DNA of 64,000 bases from Octopus bimaculoides (lineage: Eukaryota): NCBI RefSeq assembly GCF_001194135.2, contig NC_068987.1, positions 43,553,267-43,617,266 on the forward strand. The letters are read 5' to 3'. Position 1 is the first letter of the stretch. Each line of letters begins with the position of its first letter. This document shows, in pieces, positions 48,659 to 61,790 of this stretch. A program made the translations under genes and the position numbers. A model generated the notes under the pieces. It searched no databases. It worked only from the letters and a program-made list of their open reading frames with translations, and was not told the origin of the DNA.

Positions 48659-50385
48659 CACAAGAAGCCAGCGCCATTTTATACGAGATCTCACCAGCAG
48701 CCATTACCACATCCGAGAAAAGAGCGAGATCTCGCCTACAACCATGTTGCCATGCGCAAAACCACAGCAAGACTCTCATTGGCAGCGTCTATTTAAGCAG
48801 GTGTATTAAGGCATTCAGTCTCTCTTCTCTTTCTCACTCATAGAGTTCGTATCATGATGGTGTATTTGTTGATTGTGTGAGGAGTAGTTGACTGTCTTGT
48901 GCTGCTTTGGAGCAGTTTTTTGGTTGTGCTTTCTCTCCGCCTTGAGGAGGGTCAGCAATGTCAACAGTAAGAAATATGTTCTATTCAGACCTTAGTGGTT
49001 CTGAATTGTCCTCTTCGACGGAGGAGCTCATACGAGCAGTTGATAGAATGGACAAGTGCTTAAAGAAGAAAAGTTTTGCGGAAGTGACAGAAGTCACAAA
49101 AAAGAGGTGGACCTGACAAACATAGAGAAATACAAGAAAATGGCATGTAGTATAGGTGATGACGTTAAGTTGTCACCACCGCAGAAAGTATTGGAAGAAA
49201 TGGATAAGAAAACAGTAATATATAAGGTGTAATCAGTAGAAGAAAGGAAAATTGAAAACATTGTGCTCCGTCTGGCAAGACATAACATATCTTGCCAGCA
49301 GAAGCAGATATGGAACAATTGTGGTTCATTTCAAGTCAGAAGGAACACGCAGTAACCACAGTAAGATTGAATAAAGTGGTCTTTCTACCCACTTATCTTG
49401 GAAGGACTTCCAGGATTAGGGTGGAGGGAATCCCACTGGAAATAGATGTGGCTTAGGTTGTGGCAGCTGTTCTTCTAGGAAGTAAAGAAGAAATAGCCGT
49501 CCTCCAAGCCAAGAAAACAGAAAATTCAGTATGGAAAGGCCAAACATTGGACCTGATCATACAGGGCACTGCAGAAACACTGGAAAATGTGCTGGAAACG
49601 GTGACCATTGGAGATGCAGTGTTGAGAGTGTGGNNNNNNNNNNGGGGGGGGGGTGCAGAATCACTCATCGCTTTAAATGTGGCCAAAAAGGTCACATTAG
49701 AGCACACTGCTCTCTGCAGAAGCTGAGAAATCAGGAGGAAGTTGGAAAGAATCTGTAGAAGGTGCAACAGGAAGAAAAGAGAAACGAAGAACAGTGGATG
49801 GTGGCTGAAGGAAGAAGAAAGGACAGAGTGAAGTACCCTCCCACCACAGATACCAAACCCACTCATTCCCCTCCTACACAAAGCAAGAGAAAAAATAAAT
49901 CTGAAAATTGTTTCGCGTGTATGATGATTAAAGGTGTGGACAAGGAACTGCTCAATAAAATAACAAAATGGAAGACTGCAAGATTTGTCTATGTCAAAGG
50001 ATGGACAAACATTGATGGATGGCACTCATGTGTTCTGGTGTCCGAAAGCCAAAAAGATGAAATATTGAAATTCGAGAGGGATTATAAGTGTTGGAAGGTG
50101 AACTGTGATTTAAAGATGCTACCAGACAATATAATGCATGAGGAACTGACCGAGAAATATGGTATAAACATTTTAAAGGACTCGGAATTTAAAAGATAGA
50201 AGCAAGTGATGCTGCTTGAGGTGGGGCAAGTAGCTCATTTTCATTATCATTTTCATTGTATCATTCATGTATGTCATACATTTAAATTTTTTATTTTTTC
50301 ATTTTTATTTATTTTTTTCGTTTTTATGTCCCCACGTTTGTATTGTCTCCTCTTTGTTTGCCCCTTGTGGGTAATAAGAAATATA
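48659..50385 (+). mobile_element. Tx1/L1-like element carrying only ORF1 (degenerate, about 48958-50199)
   Basis: RIRVEGIPLEI motif; knuckle FKCGQKGHIRAHC; stop at 50199 followed within about 190 bp by an AT-rich end (GGTAATAAGAAATA). Confidence 0.65.
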
Positions 50386-51539
50386 CCTTAATCGTACATC
50401 TACAAGAATTCCTGTGCAAATATGCCTCTACACACATATGAATAAATATACACACACTCGCCTCCTTATTGGATTATATTGTGTAAATGTTTTGTACACT
50501 TATGAATACCCGTCTACTTGTATTTTTTCTTATATTCTTACTGGCACTACAGCCCTACAGCTGGAATACCACTATGACCTTACTACCATTACATACCCTT
50601 CTCACATAATACTAAGCTAGATTATTACCGCTAAAATATTTTTTTAATATATATACTAAAACACACCTACTGTATAACCTAACACATCAATATCATAAGC
50701 TTTAATTTTTTTTTTTTTGCTCTTCCTCCACTCATTTATCTCCCCTACATTCATTTATTTATTTTTTAAGTATACCTATCTTTATTTCCAATTGTAATTT
50801 CTCTTGTTTATCTTTATAGATACAGCAAGTACATACTACTTTAATTGTAATATTAACAACTGTCTTTCTGTTTTTACTTACTTTTTTCTGCTTCATCATT
50901 AATATGAGTCCCTTATATACATCATATTCTATCTCTAACTCATTCTTATCCCTCTATTTCTCCTACCATTTGTTTATGGTAACTATCTAGTATTGACTTC
51001 ACGCTAAACTTCATTATGTATAGAAATTTTTAAAAAGATACATTATACTACATAATAATTTCAATGGTTAGCTCATCTTTTAATTCAAACCTAGCAGTGT
51101 CTTTCCATTGGACATCTCTAATACATATTTGCCCTACGCTAGTTATTTGGAGTTTGAATCTCTAATTTCCATACTCATCTATAGAAGAAACGTCTGTGAT
51201 ACCTCTTTACTTATATCTTCAAATATCCATTGAAGCCGTTAGTTATGGTTGTATGATATAGCTGACATGACTCATATCTCTTTCTCACACGGATAAAAAT
51301 ATGGAATCTCCTAGATTGAATTTTTCTGCTATATTCCTTCTCAAGTTCTTAGTATTATGGTTTCTATTTCCTGTACTGAAGAGTACCTTGATATTTAATT
51401 AATTTAATTTAATCAATCATGAATTTACATTATTATTATGTCTCTGTACAAAACAATTGCCTGCAAGAATTAAACTTCTTATATATTTTAACAACTTGTC
51501 TCCTCCATTTTTAACAAAATTGATGAGTTTTATAGGACT

Positions 51540-53210
51540 TCGTACACATGCGTCATACAGTCTGCCTTTTACTCTGAGTGAGAGGCCCTTTGTTGCCAGC
51601 AGAGGTAAGAGCTCTCTGAACTTTGCCCAGGCTATTCTTATTCTAGCAGCTACACTTTCAGCGCACCCACCCCCACTACTAACTTGGTCACCCAGATAGC
51701 AGAAGTTATCAACTACGTCTAAGTTTTTCTCCCTGGAATGTGACAGAAATTGTTTTCTGTACATTTTCAGTGTTTCTTGATCCTGAACATCTGCCACATA
51801 CAAAAACTATCTTCCTAGTTAGCCTTCCTTTGATATTGCTGCACCTCTTATGTGTCCATAGCTTGCATTGGGTGCATCTTATAGAGTTTCTACCTACATC
51901 TTTTCTACAGATTGAGCANNNNNNNNNNNNNNNNNNNNNNNNNNNNNNNNNNNNNNNNNNNNNNNNNNNNNNNNNNNNNNNNNNNNNNNNNNNNNNNNNN
52001 NNNNNNNNNNNNNNNNNNNNNNNNNNNNNNNNNNNNNNNNNNNNNNNNNNNNNNNNNNNNNNNNNNNNNNNNNNNNNNNNNNNNNNNNNNNNNNNNNNNN
52101 NNNNNNNNNNNNNNNNNNNNNNNNNNNNNNNNNNNNNNNNNNNNNNNNNNNNNNNNNNNNNNNNNNNNNNNNNNNNNNNNNNNNNNNNNNNNNNNNNNNN
52201 NNNNNNNNNNNNNNNNNNNNNNNNNNNNNNNNNNNNNNNNNNNNNNNNNNNNNNNNNNNNNNNNNNNNNNNNNNNNNNNNNNNNNNNNNNNNNNNNNNNN
52301 NNNNNNNNNNNNNNNNNNNNNNNNNNNNNNNNNNNNNNNNNNNNNNNNNNNNNNNNNNNNNNNNNNNNNNNNNNNNNNNNNNNNNNNNNNNNNNNNNNNN
52401 NNNNNNNNNNNNNNNNNNNNNNNNNNNNNNNNNNNNNNNNNNNNNNNNNNNNNNNNNNNNNNNNNNNNNNNNNNNNNNNNNNNNNNNNNNNNNNNNNNNN
52501 NNNNNNNNNNNNNNNNNNNNNNNNNNNNNNNNNNNNNNNNNNNNNNNNNNNNNNNNNNNNNNNNNNNNNNNNNNNNNNNNNNNNNNNNNNNNNNNNNNNN
52601 NNNNNNNNNNNNNNNNNNNNNNNNGTCACCTTTACCTTTGTAGCAGTTGACTATGGTGCTGCTACACCATTCATTGGGTATGACTCCTTCGTGTATCACC
52701 TGGTTAACAATACAGGTGACTAGGCCATAGCCGACACTGCCAGATATTTTGAGCATCTCTGCAGTGATTCCTGATGGGCCGGGGGCTATTCCTGTCTTCA
52801 TACTCTTGATCGCTTTATCTACCATGGTACTGTCAATTAGGATAGCTGGTCCCTGTGTTGGGTCGACATGCGGCAGACTCTCTTCCTCCCATTCATTCTC
52901 TTTATTAAGCAGCCTTTCATAGTGGCATCTCCAGACCTTTCTCTTTGCAGCCTTGTTTAGTGCAAGTGAGCCATCATCCATGCGGACACATTTCTCACCT
53001 ATGACATCACGATTCTCTCTCACACACTGTCTTGCAACATGAATACTTCAAGTCTTTGGTCCTCATGACGCAGAACATTGGCAAATTTTTTCTTATCTGC
53101 TTCCCCTCTGGCTAAGTAAACCTGTCTCCTAGCTTCCCTTCTGGCAGTCTGATACAGTTCCCTGCTATCTCCGTTCTTCCAGTCAGCCCTGTCAACCACA
53201 TTGTTCNNNN
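51540..53210 (-). mobile_element. RTE-clade LINE ORF2 fragment (spans gaps); a small plus-strand piece lies at about 32330-32380
   Basis: MKTGIAPGPSGITAEML...CYKGKGD, then VDNFCYLGD...AWAKFRELLPLL...KGRLYDACVRS. Confidence 0.88.
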
Positions 53211-55089
53211 NNNNNNNNNNNNNNNNNNNNNNNNNNNNNNNNNNNNNNNNNNNNNNNNNNNNNNNNNNNNNNNNNNNNNNNNNNNNNNNNNNNNNNNNNN
53301 NNNNNNNNNNNNNNNNNNNNNNNNNNNNNNNNNNNNNNNNNNNNNNNNNNNNNNNNNNNNNNNNNNNNNNNNNNNNNNNNNNNNNNNNNNNNNNNNNNNN
53401 NNNNNNNNNNNNNNNNNNNNNNNNNNNNNNNNNNNNNNNNNNNNNNNNNNNNNNNNNNNNNNNNNNNNNNNNNNNNNNNNNNNNNNNNNNNNNNNNNNNN
53501 NNNNNNNNNNNNNNNNNNNNNNNNNNNNNNNNNNNNNNNNNNNNNNNNNNNNNNNNNNNNNNNNNNNNNNNNNNNNNNNNNNNNNNNNNNNNNNNNNNNN
53601 NNNNNNNNNNNNNNNNNNNNNNNNNNNNNNNNNNNNNNNNNNNNNNNNNNNNNNNNNNNNNNNNNNNNNNNNNNNNNNNNNNNNNNNNNNNNNNNNNNNN
53701 NNNNNNNNNNNNNNNNNNNNNNNNNNNNNNNNNNNNNNNNNNNNNNNNNNNNNNNNNNNNNNNNNNNNNNNNNNNNNNNNNNNNNNNNNNNNNNNNNNNN
53801 NNNNNNNNNNNNNNNNNNNNNNNNNNNNNNNNNNNNNNNNNNNNNNNNNNNNNNNNNNNNNNNNNNNNNNNNNNNNNNNNNNNGTTTCAAAGATATCACT
53901 GGCATTATTCCAATGGAATAAAATGGTGTAAAACAATGTAATCTTCTCTTCAAGGAAATGAAGAAATGAAACTCGTCAATAAGACATTTTAACAGAAAAT
54001 GATGGATATGTATAGTGATTAACTGAATGCTATTAAGTTTGTTTTAAAAAACCGTTAGAGGATATAACGTCAAAGGTAGCCTATAGAAAGAGGAGGGGTA
54101 AAGGAAAGAAAAAAACCCAAATAAATGAGAAGTATATAACGATATGTATATTAAATAAAATCCTATAGTCTTGGAAAAAGATATATCTAGTGAATGTGAA
54201 ATGTAAGAAGAAAATTTATGTTTAAATTATATATAATGATAGATATCATTTATATGAACTAAAGGTGTGTTTCTGCCAATGTTTACATCTGTATGCATGC
54301 TCTATAACCATGTTTACAAGGGGATTTTTAGAAAAAGGAATAAAAAATAGTTCAGAATTACAGAGAAGATAGAATTCCTTGCCTTTATCAAAAGGTATCG
54401 AAATTGAGAGAACCAACCAATCTAAATTAAATTGTTTATTGTGGTCTTTTAGATACCAAATTAATTTATTAAGCCCTGTGTTGTTATGTTTATTCCTCTC
54501 CCTAAATGTAAACTGAGATGATCTACCTATATAAAAAATACTTCATTACCAGAAGTAATTTTACACTGGTATATAGAATTTTTAATTTTAGAGTTACTTG
54601 ACATAAACTTGATTCTGTTGTAATTGACTTCAGATACAATAACCTTGCTATTAATATTTCTAGGGGGATGGATGGTATTAGCTAAATTAATGTTAGTATT
54701 AGTAAATTTATCACTGTTTAACAGGCTAATATTATGTGAAGTGACAATTTATAAGACATTTTTTTGTGTTGGAAAAGCCAATCCTAACCATGTGTGAGTT
54801 GATAATAGAGTAATACCTAGAATTCTTTGGAAAATTCCTAATAGCTTCACGAAACTGCAAAGGAAGATTAGATTTAATTTGCCTCCCAAAAGGAATAATT
54901 AACCAATTGGTTTTACTATTAGTTACCTTCTTGTCAGTGAAACTATCTTTGAAAGACATAGATTTACCTTTGGAATGAAAATAGGGGATTAAATAAGGGT
55001 TATCTCCCTTCCTCTGGTGTTGGCGTATAAATTAAAATTGATATCGTTTATATCCTTAAAACTAGATTTCATATCTCCATTAGTAAATG

Positions 55090-55380
55090 TAGAATAAGAT
55101 TGAATGGAATATACCCATTTCCCCAAAGAATGCTTTCCTTAAGCAACTCATTAATAAGACAAATTCCTTTATCAACCATATCAGATGGCTCACCTTTTTC
55201 TTTGACAACAAGGACACTCAACAACACACTAATGATATAACCTCTGAATTTAACAAATTATTTAAATCTGAAAATAGTCCTCCACCATTGAAGCAGTTTG
55301 AGGATGATCTTTGGTCCATTGTGAGAAATGTAAAATTTCACCGATCACTGCTAAGAAAGAAACATCTGAGATATTTTCAA
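55090..55380 (+). mobile_element. Penelope-like ORF N-terminal fragment
   Basis: PISPKNAFLKQLINKTNSFINHIRW and PPLKQFEDDLWSIVRNVKF resemble the conserved pre-RT region of Penelope-like elements. Confidence 0.6.
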
Positions 55381-55384
55381 GGTA

Positions 55385-55773
55385 TTCATCTGAGGTAGTT
55401 TCAAAGTGAAGAAGTCTGAAATGTCAGTTTCGACCTCATCCTGTCCCCCAAATGATTCTCTAAACTACAAAACAAATGGTAGTCTGAAGGAGCAAGGTTG
55501 GGAGAATAAGGTGGATGAGGAATTTTTTCCCAACCAAGCTCTTCGATCTTCTGTGATGTGATCTTTGCAGTGTGCGGTCGTGCATTGTCCTGATGAAACA
55601 TCACTCCTTTTCGATTCACTAAAGCGGGTCTTTTTTTCTTCAAAGATTGGTTCAAACACTCTAATTGCTGACAGTAGACTTGAGCATTGATTGTTGCATT
55701 AGGTGGTAACAATTCAAAGTGAATTACTCCTTTGTAATCCCACCAGATAGAGAGCAGAACCTTTTTCCCATGA
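55385..55773 (-). mobile_element. mariner (DD34D) transposase C-terminal part
   Basis: HQDNARPH...HPPYSPNLAPSDY; 34 residues between the last two Asp. Confidence 0.9.
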
Positions 55774-55783
55774 NNNNNNNNNN

Positions 55784-56981
55784 TATGACATTTAACATGT
55801 TTATTTTTATGTTTTTTGATTTATTATTCATGTTGCTTTATATGTTTTACTAAAATTGCTGTTTCTTTTCAGATATCATCAGAAAAAGGTAATTAAAATT
55901 CATTAAAATGACAAATCTATTGAACTTTCAGAGAGGTCAAATTGTTGGTGCTTGTATGGCAGGCACTAGCGTAATGAAAACAGCCAAAATGTTTGGTGTA
56001 TCAAGAAGTACTGTCTCGAAAGTAATGACAGCCTTTGAGAAAGAGGGAAAAAACCTCCTCGTTGAAACAAAACTCCGGAAGAAAACCAAAACTTTCAGAT
56101 AGGGACCGTCAGACTCTTACTCGAATTGTTAGAAAGGATCACAAAAGTACAGCTCCCAAAATTACTGCAGAGCTTAATGACCACCTCAAGAACCCAGTTT
56201 CCACAAAACTGTTCATTGGGAGCTGTACAAAGCTAGATTTCACAGAAGGGCTGCAATCAGGAAAACCACTACTTTCAAAAACAAGCATCGCAAAGCGTTT
56301 AGAGTGGAGTAAAAACCTACAGAATTGGTCCCTAGAGCAATGGAAGAATGATATTTTCTCGGATAGGTCATCTTTTACCTTATTTCCGACCACTGGCTGA
56401 GCATATGTGTGGAGACAGCCAAAAGAAGCATTTGACCCAGACTACTTTCTCCCAACATGGAAGAGGATCTGAGATGATCTGGGGTGGGGGGGTATATCTT
56501 GGAAATCCGCTTGCCCAATGGTCTCCCTTCATAGAATTAATAGTCAAGACTATTTAAGCATTTTATCTGATCAATCCTACGGTTGTGGAACTGTTTCCAG
56601 AGGGAAACGCAATCTTTCAGGGTGATAATGCACAAATTCACACAGCTAAAGTTCTTAGTGAATGACACGAGGAACATTCTAGTGAAGTTGAACATATTAT
56701 CTGGCCACCACAGTTCCCAGATCTCAATATTATTGAACATTCATTGTGCATTTTAGAAAAACAAGTAAGGAGTCAATATCCTCCACCATCAACACTACAA
56801 GAACTGGAGAATGTTTTAGCTGAAGAATGGATAAAAATTCCTTTGCAAACAATTCAAACTTTGTATGGGTCCATACCTCGTCGAATTCAAGCTGTAATTA
56901 CTGCCAAAGGCTGTCCTACCGCATATTAAAATAAATTTGTTTGAAATGTTCAGATGTTTTCATTATTTTGCCCAACCCCTG
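55784..56981 (+). mobile_element. Tc1-like transposon, near full length, degenerate, DD36E spacing
   Basis: HTH (FQRGQIVG...GVSRSTVSK), IFSD, GDNAQIH...WPPQFPDLNIIE; right end CCCTG followed by TA. Confidence 0.88.
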
Positions 56982-56993
56982 TATATATATATA

Positions 56994-57040
<47 letters not shown>

Positions 57041-57367
57041 ATGAGAGATATTGGTATCCAGAAGACCCAAGGTGGCAGGTAACGCTACATAAGTGTTATG
57101 GAAGGACCATAGTTAAACTCTTGGTTCAATAATGATATGAGTGAGGAGTCTAATGTGGGTCTTGTATGAGCATGCATATGTTAAATAAAATGAGATACCA
57201 AAGCCAAGGCTGGGTGGAATTTTCAGGACATTTTTAAAGAGAAAGTTAGTCTTACAGCTGTTTCTTGGATATTAGGGATATCTCTTCATTAGAGACGATG
57301 TGAGATGGTTAAATTGAGGGAAATATTAGAGATCAATATGAGGAGTTATTTTGGAAAAGGAAGCATA

Positions 57368-58140
57368 CAGGGTGTGGTGAACGAACTGTCGTCTAAATTA
57401 CGCAAAAATGAAAATAACATTGACATCTCACTTTAACAGATGCATTTACCAAAATTACATAAAATTATCTTGAATTTATTCATTAAAATCACCATTGACT
57501 GCAACCATAGCTTCCAGATGACTTCGGAATCTCCTGCAACTCCTCTGGCTGGTTTCCTTGTTTAAGTTGGTGAATGCTGCCACAATTCTTGTCTTCAGTT
57601 CATCTTTGGTGTTACAAGGAGTTTTGTTGGTCTCTCGCTCAACTATGTCCACACAATAATCAAGGGAGCTGCAGTCTGGAGAGTTAGGTGGCCAGATGTT
57701 AGGAGTGATGTGGTCACAGAAATTGTCTGACAGCCATGACTGGGTTCTCCTGCTTGTGTGGCAAGGTGCAGAGTCCTGTTGCCAGACACAGGATCTTCCA
57801 GGAGCCACTCTCTTGACCCAGGGCAGCACTACCTCCTCCAGGCACTTGATAATGGCCTCTGTGTTTAATATGAGGCTGTGTGGGAAGATGAATGGAGGCA
57901 TAACTTCACTAGTCATAACTTCACTAGTCATCACTCCAACCACCATGATGTTGACTGAATGTTTGGTTTTTATCACTCTCCGTACATGTTTTGAGGACTC
58001 AGATTGACACTCAACACTCAGAACTGTTCGTATTGGAGCTTCCAGAGTAAATACTAAGCAGTTCAGCATATCGTCTCCAAGTATCTAGTAGAGTGCTTTG
58101 TGTCATCATGCTGTTTTTCTCACAAACAGTGCCCAACTGA
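57368..58140 (-). mobile_element. maT-like (DD37D) transposon fragment
   Basis: QQDSAPCH...WPPNSPDCSSLDY with 37-residue spacing; TA plus CAGGGTG terminus at 57366. Confidence 0.85.
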
Positions 58141-58151
58141 CCCTACTATAC

Positions 58152-58202
<51 letters not shown>

Positions 58203-58415
58203 TCTTTTACTCTTAATTGTTTCAGTCATTTGACTGCGGCCATGCTGGAGCACCGCCTTTAGTCGAGCAAATCGGCCCCAGGACTTATTCTTTGGATGCC
58301 TAGTACTTATTCTATCGGTCTCTTATGCCGAACCACTAAGTTACGGGGGACATACACACACCACCATTGGTTGTCAAGCGATGTTGGGGGAACAAACACA
58401 AACACACAAACATAT

Positions 58416-58446
<31 letters not shown>

Positions 58447-59079
58447 NNNNNNNNNNNNNNNNNNNNNNNNNNNNNNNNNNNNNNNNNNNNNNNNNNNNNN
58501 NNNNNNNNNNNNNNNNNNNNNNNNNNNNNNNNNNNNNNNNNNNNNNNNNNNNNNNNNNNNNNNNNNNNNNNNNNNNNNNNNNNNNNNNNNNNNNNNNNNN
58601 NNNNNNNNNNNNNNNNNNNNNNNNNNNNNNNNNNNNNNNNNNNNNNNNNNNNNNNNNNNNNNNNNNNNNNNNNNNNNNNNNNNNNNNNNNNNNNNNNNNN
58701 NNNNNNNNNNNNNNNNNNNNNNNNNNNNNNNNNNNNNNNNNNNNNNNNNNNNNNNNNNATATATAAATATATGTATGTATGTGTATATATGTATACACAC
58801 ACACATGCACACATATACTATGTCCTATATTACACAGGTTAATCATTCTTCAATAAAATCAAAACGCCTTTATCGTAAAATTTTTATGGGATATGTAGGA
58901 TTATATATCCCATGTCTCATATACCTTTTGTCTAAATCGGTGTACAGTTGAAGCAGAAATGAAGAAAAACGTATTTATAAGGTGTTTCTTCTTATTATGC
59001 AAGTTAACAAGATACTGCTTTCCCCCCATGTAATATGTGATTTTGAAATGATTTTTCGTAATTTCAGACACAGGAAATA

Positions 59080-59830
59080 TAGAAATGGGTCAAAGTAAAG
59101 ATATAGCATCAAAGGAGAAGAAAGAAATAGTGACACTACTGGGAGAAGGGGATACAACAACTGTTATTTCTAAAATGCTAAATTGAGATCACAGAACAAT
59201 AAAAAAAAAACAGGTACAAAATATTGAGAGAGTAAGAATAAGGAAGAAAACTGGTTTCAAGAACATCACAAATAGAGATAAGAGAAAACTCAAAAGAATT
59301 ATGTGCAACTAAAGTAGGTTAACCAGCAAACAAATCTTTGAAGAAACAGTACTCTCTAACATACAAAGGAAAAAACGTTGCACAATACTAAAACAAATAA
59401 GCAAAGTCATAAATTTCACAAAATTGCCTCCTTTAAAGTAGACAAAGAAGAAAGAGTGACATGGGCAAAAAGATATATGAAGACAGTCTTTACTAATGTA
59501 ATTTTTACTGATGAGTGCAAAGCAACATTAGATGGACCTGATGGATGGGCAAGAGGCTGGGTATTATAAAGAAAAAGTCAACCAACACAATTAAGAAGAC
59601 AGCAGGGTGGTGGAAGAATCATGTTTTGGGCTGGAGGAGACATTATAAGTCTGTTTAAGGTTGCTCATGAAGTCAAAATAAATGCTGAAAATTATTACAA
59701 GTTTCTAGGTGACAACTTCTTCCATTGGCACAAGTCAACATCATGAAGTTTCAAGTTAAACAGCATATTTATGCATGATAATGCCCCTTTACACTCTGCA
59801 AAACTCACCATAACTTCCTAGGCAAAGCCA
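59080..59830 (+). mobile_element. Tc1/Tc3-like transposase remnant truncated by a Helitron
   Basis: IFTDECKATLDGPDGW, GGGRIMFWAG, FMHDNAPLH. Confidence 0.75.
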
Positions 59831-60707
59831 AAGACAAAGAGAGTCTCCCCAATCTGAAAGCCGTGATGCAAGCGACGAACGACTTTCTAGACATAGACAG
59901 GCAAACAGAGTCTTGTGAAAATAAAACTTTTGGTGAATGCCAAGAAAGACAGGAGCAAGATATATTTTGCCATATAGTTGCAAGAAGAAATCAGTCTGAA
60001 GGAGAGAGACAACAACGTATGATTGCTGATAGAAACAGGTATCAAAATTTAAGGCAATGTGAGATTCAAAATGCTAAACATTCTGCATTACTGTATGACA
60101 AAAATGACCCATATAACAAGGCTGCAATTAGAGAAATGACCAAACTTTGTCAGTGTGGTGCTAAGAAATTTATGGGAGAATCACCAGGAATGTGCTGTGG
60201 AAATGGAAAGGTTACACTGGATCCATTTTCACCTCTGCCTCAGTTATTTCAAGGACTCTTTACACTTTTTGTCAAGGCTCAGGGAGTACAACTCTCTGCT
60301 TGCCATGATCAGCTTTGGTCAAAAAGATGCATCTGTCCAAGGTTAGAATCCATTTGTAAGAATGCAAGATCAAATTTACCATTAACTTTGGGAAAATAAG
60401 CATGCCAAGGATGCTTGGCATTTTAATGCACCAACAGGGGCTGAAGTTGCAATTTTAATATCAAATGATCCTGCAGAAAATAGAGATATTGTTCTTCAGT
60501 TGAAACAAGGTGGATTGAGAATTTCAGAGTTACATCAATCCTATGATCCTTTGATGTATCCATTGTTTTTTCCATATGGTACAGACTGCTATCACATATA
60601 TTTGCAAGGAAGAAATTACCACTAAGGAACAGTGAAATATCATGATTGGAGGATTTCACAACTCACCAATTATGCTACTTAATCCTGAGAAACGCTGTGT
60701 ATGCCTG

Positions 60708-60711
<4 letters not shown>
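59830..60711 (+). mobile_element. Helitron, internally deleted
   Basis: CQCGAKKFMGESPGMCCGNGKV...REYNSLLAMISFG; PTGAEVA; SYDPLMYPL; decayed 3' hairpin and terminus at about 60680-60711. Confidence 0.8.
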
Positions 60712-60768
<57 letters not shown>

Positions 60769-60770
<2 letters not shown>

Positions 60771-61790
60771 AGTAGCAGAGATACCCAGCATTGCTCAGGA
60801 TTAAAATGGCATAATTTGTGTATAATATATTACAGTTATGTTGAAACAGGTGATATGGGAAAGTGCAGCATTGACAACAAAACCTTTGTGGAATAAATGA
60901 TGGGCTAATTCGACTAAGCAACATGCTATGTGTCTGTTTGGAATATTTCAGGCCCTAACCTGTCATGGAAAATTGGGGGTGGGGGTTTTGTGATTTTTGA
61001 ATGCACCGAAAAGGTGGTAGTGGATATACTCTCTTTTGCAGCAGTCAGTGCTGTGTCTAACCCTAACCCATCATCTGAAATTTTAACACCTACTTCGGGT
61101 TTGTTGTCCTACATCACTCATAAAGTAAATTTGGAGGAACTGTGGTTGTTTATTTGTAGGTAACAGGGAACCAATGAGGTGAGAGACTTGAACTTTGATG
61201 TCGGTGTAAATTCATGTTTATCTATCTTCTTAGATGAACCAAATGATGTCATTTGAAATGCAGAGTTGTATTGTCTGATATTGTTCAGAAAATCCTTTGA
61301 CTGGATAGAAGTGCCTTCTAGAAGATCCATAAGGGGTTGAGATGGAGCTGGTAGTGCTGGCAATGTTACCTGACCGCCTGAGCAGCAAATACCATTTGTT
61401 TCATTTGAAAATTTTAAAGCTCTACAGAAACAACAATTTGTATTTAGCACAGCAATTTGGACAGAGTTATCATTTTTATAAGAATGGGATGGATCATATC
61501 TGAAAACAGTTTCAGGAGTTGTGAAGAACGAATTTGTACGTAGTCTGTTTCTGAGAGCTATTCTATTGGATCTCTGTCTAATCATTAAAACATTGATTTA
61601 ATGGTCCAGCATTAAATGCTGCAACATGCATTTGTAGATCTTGAGAAAATCTCATCTTGCTTCTCTGTTCAGATTCTCACCTTCAGTTTTCTACAATTCT
61701 CCTTGCTTTATACTGTTTCTGGAGAGATTTGTCATTTCTGGAGATGGTTGCCTTTTCTGTGTTTCTCCTGCTCATTCTGTAAAAAATTAT
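60769..61790 (-). mobile_element. Helitron, internally deleted, with intact 3' CTAG
   Basis: CCFCRALKFSNETNGICCSGGQV...IRQYNSAFQMTSFG; CCTGAGCAATGCTGGG hairpin then CTAG at 60769-60772. Confidence 0.85.

Noticed and set aside
47520-50385. Single twin-primed (5'-inverted) LINE explaining the head-to-head ORF2/ORF1 layout
   Set aside because: The plus-strand part ends in its own 3'-type tail and lacks the endonuclease/RT start that an inversion would include; two insertions fit better.
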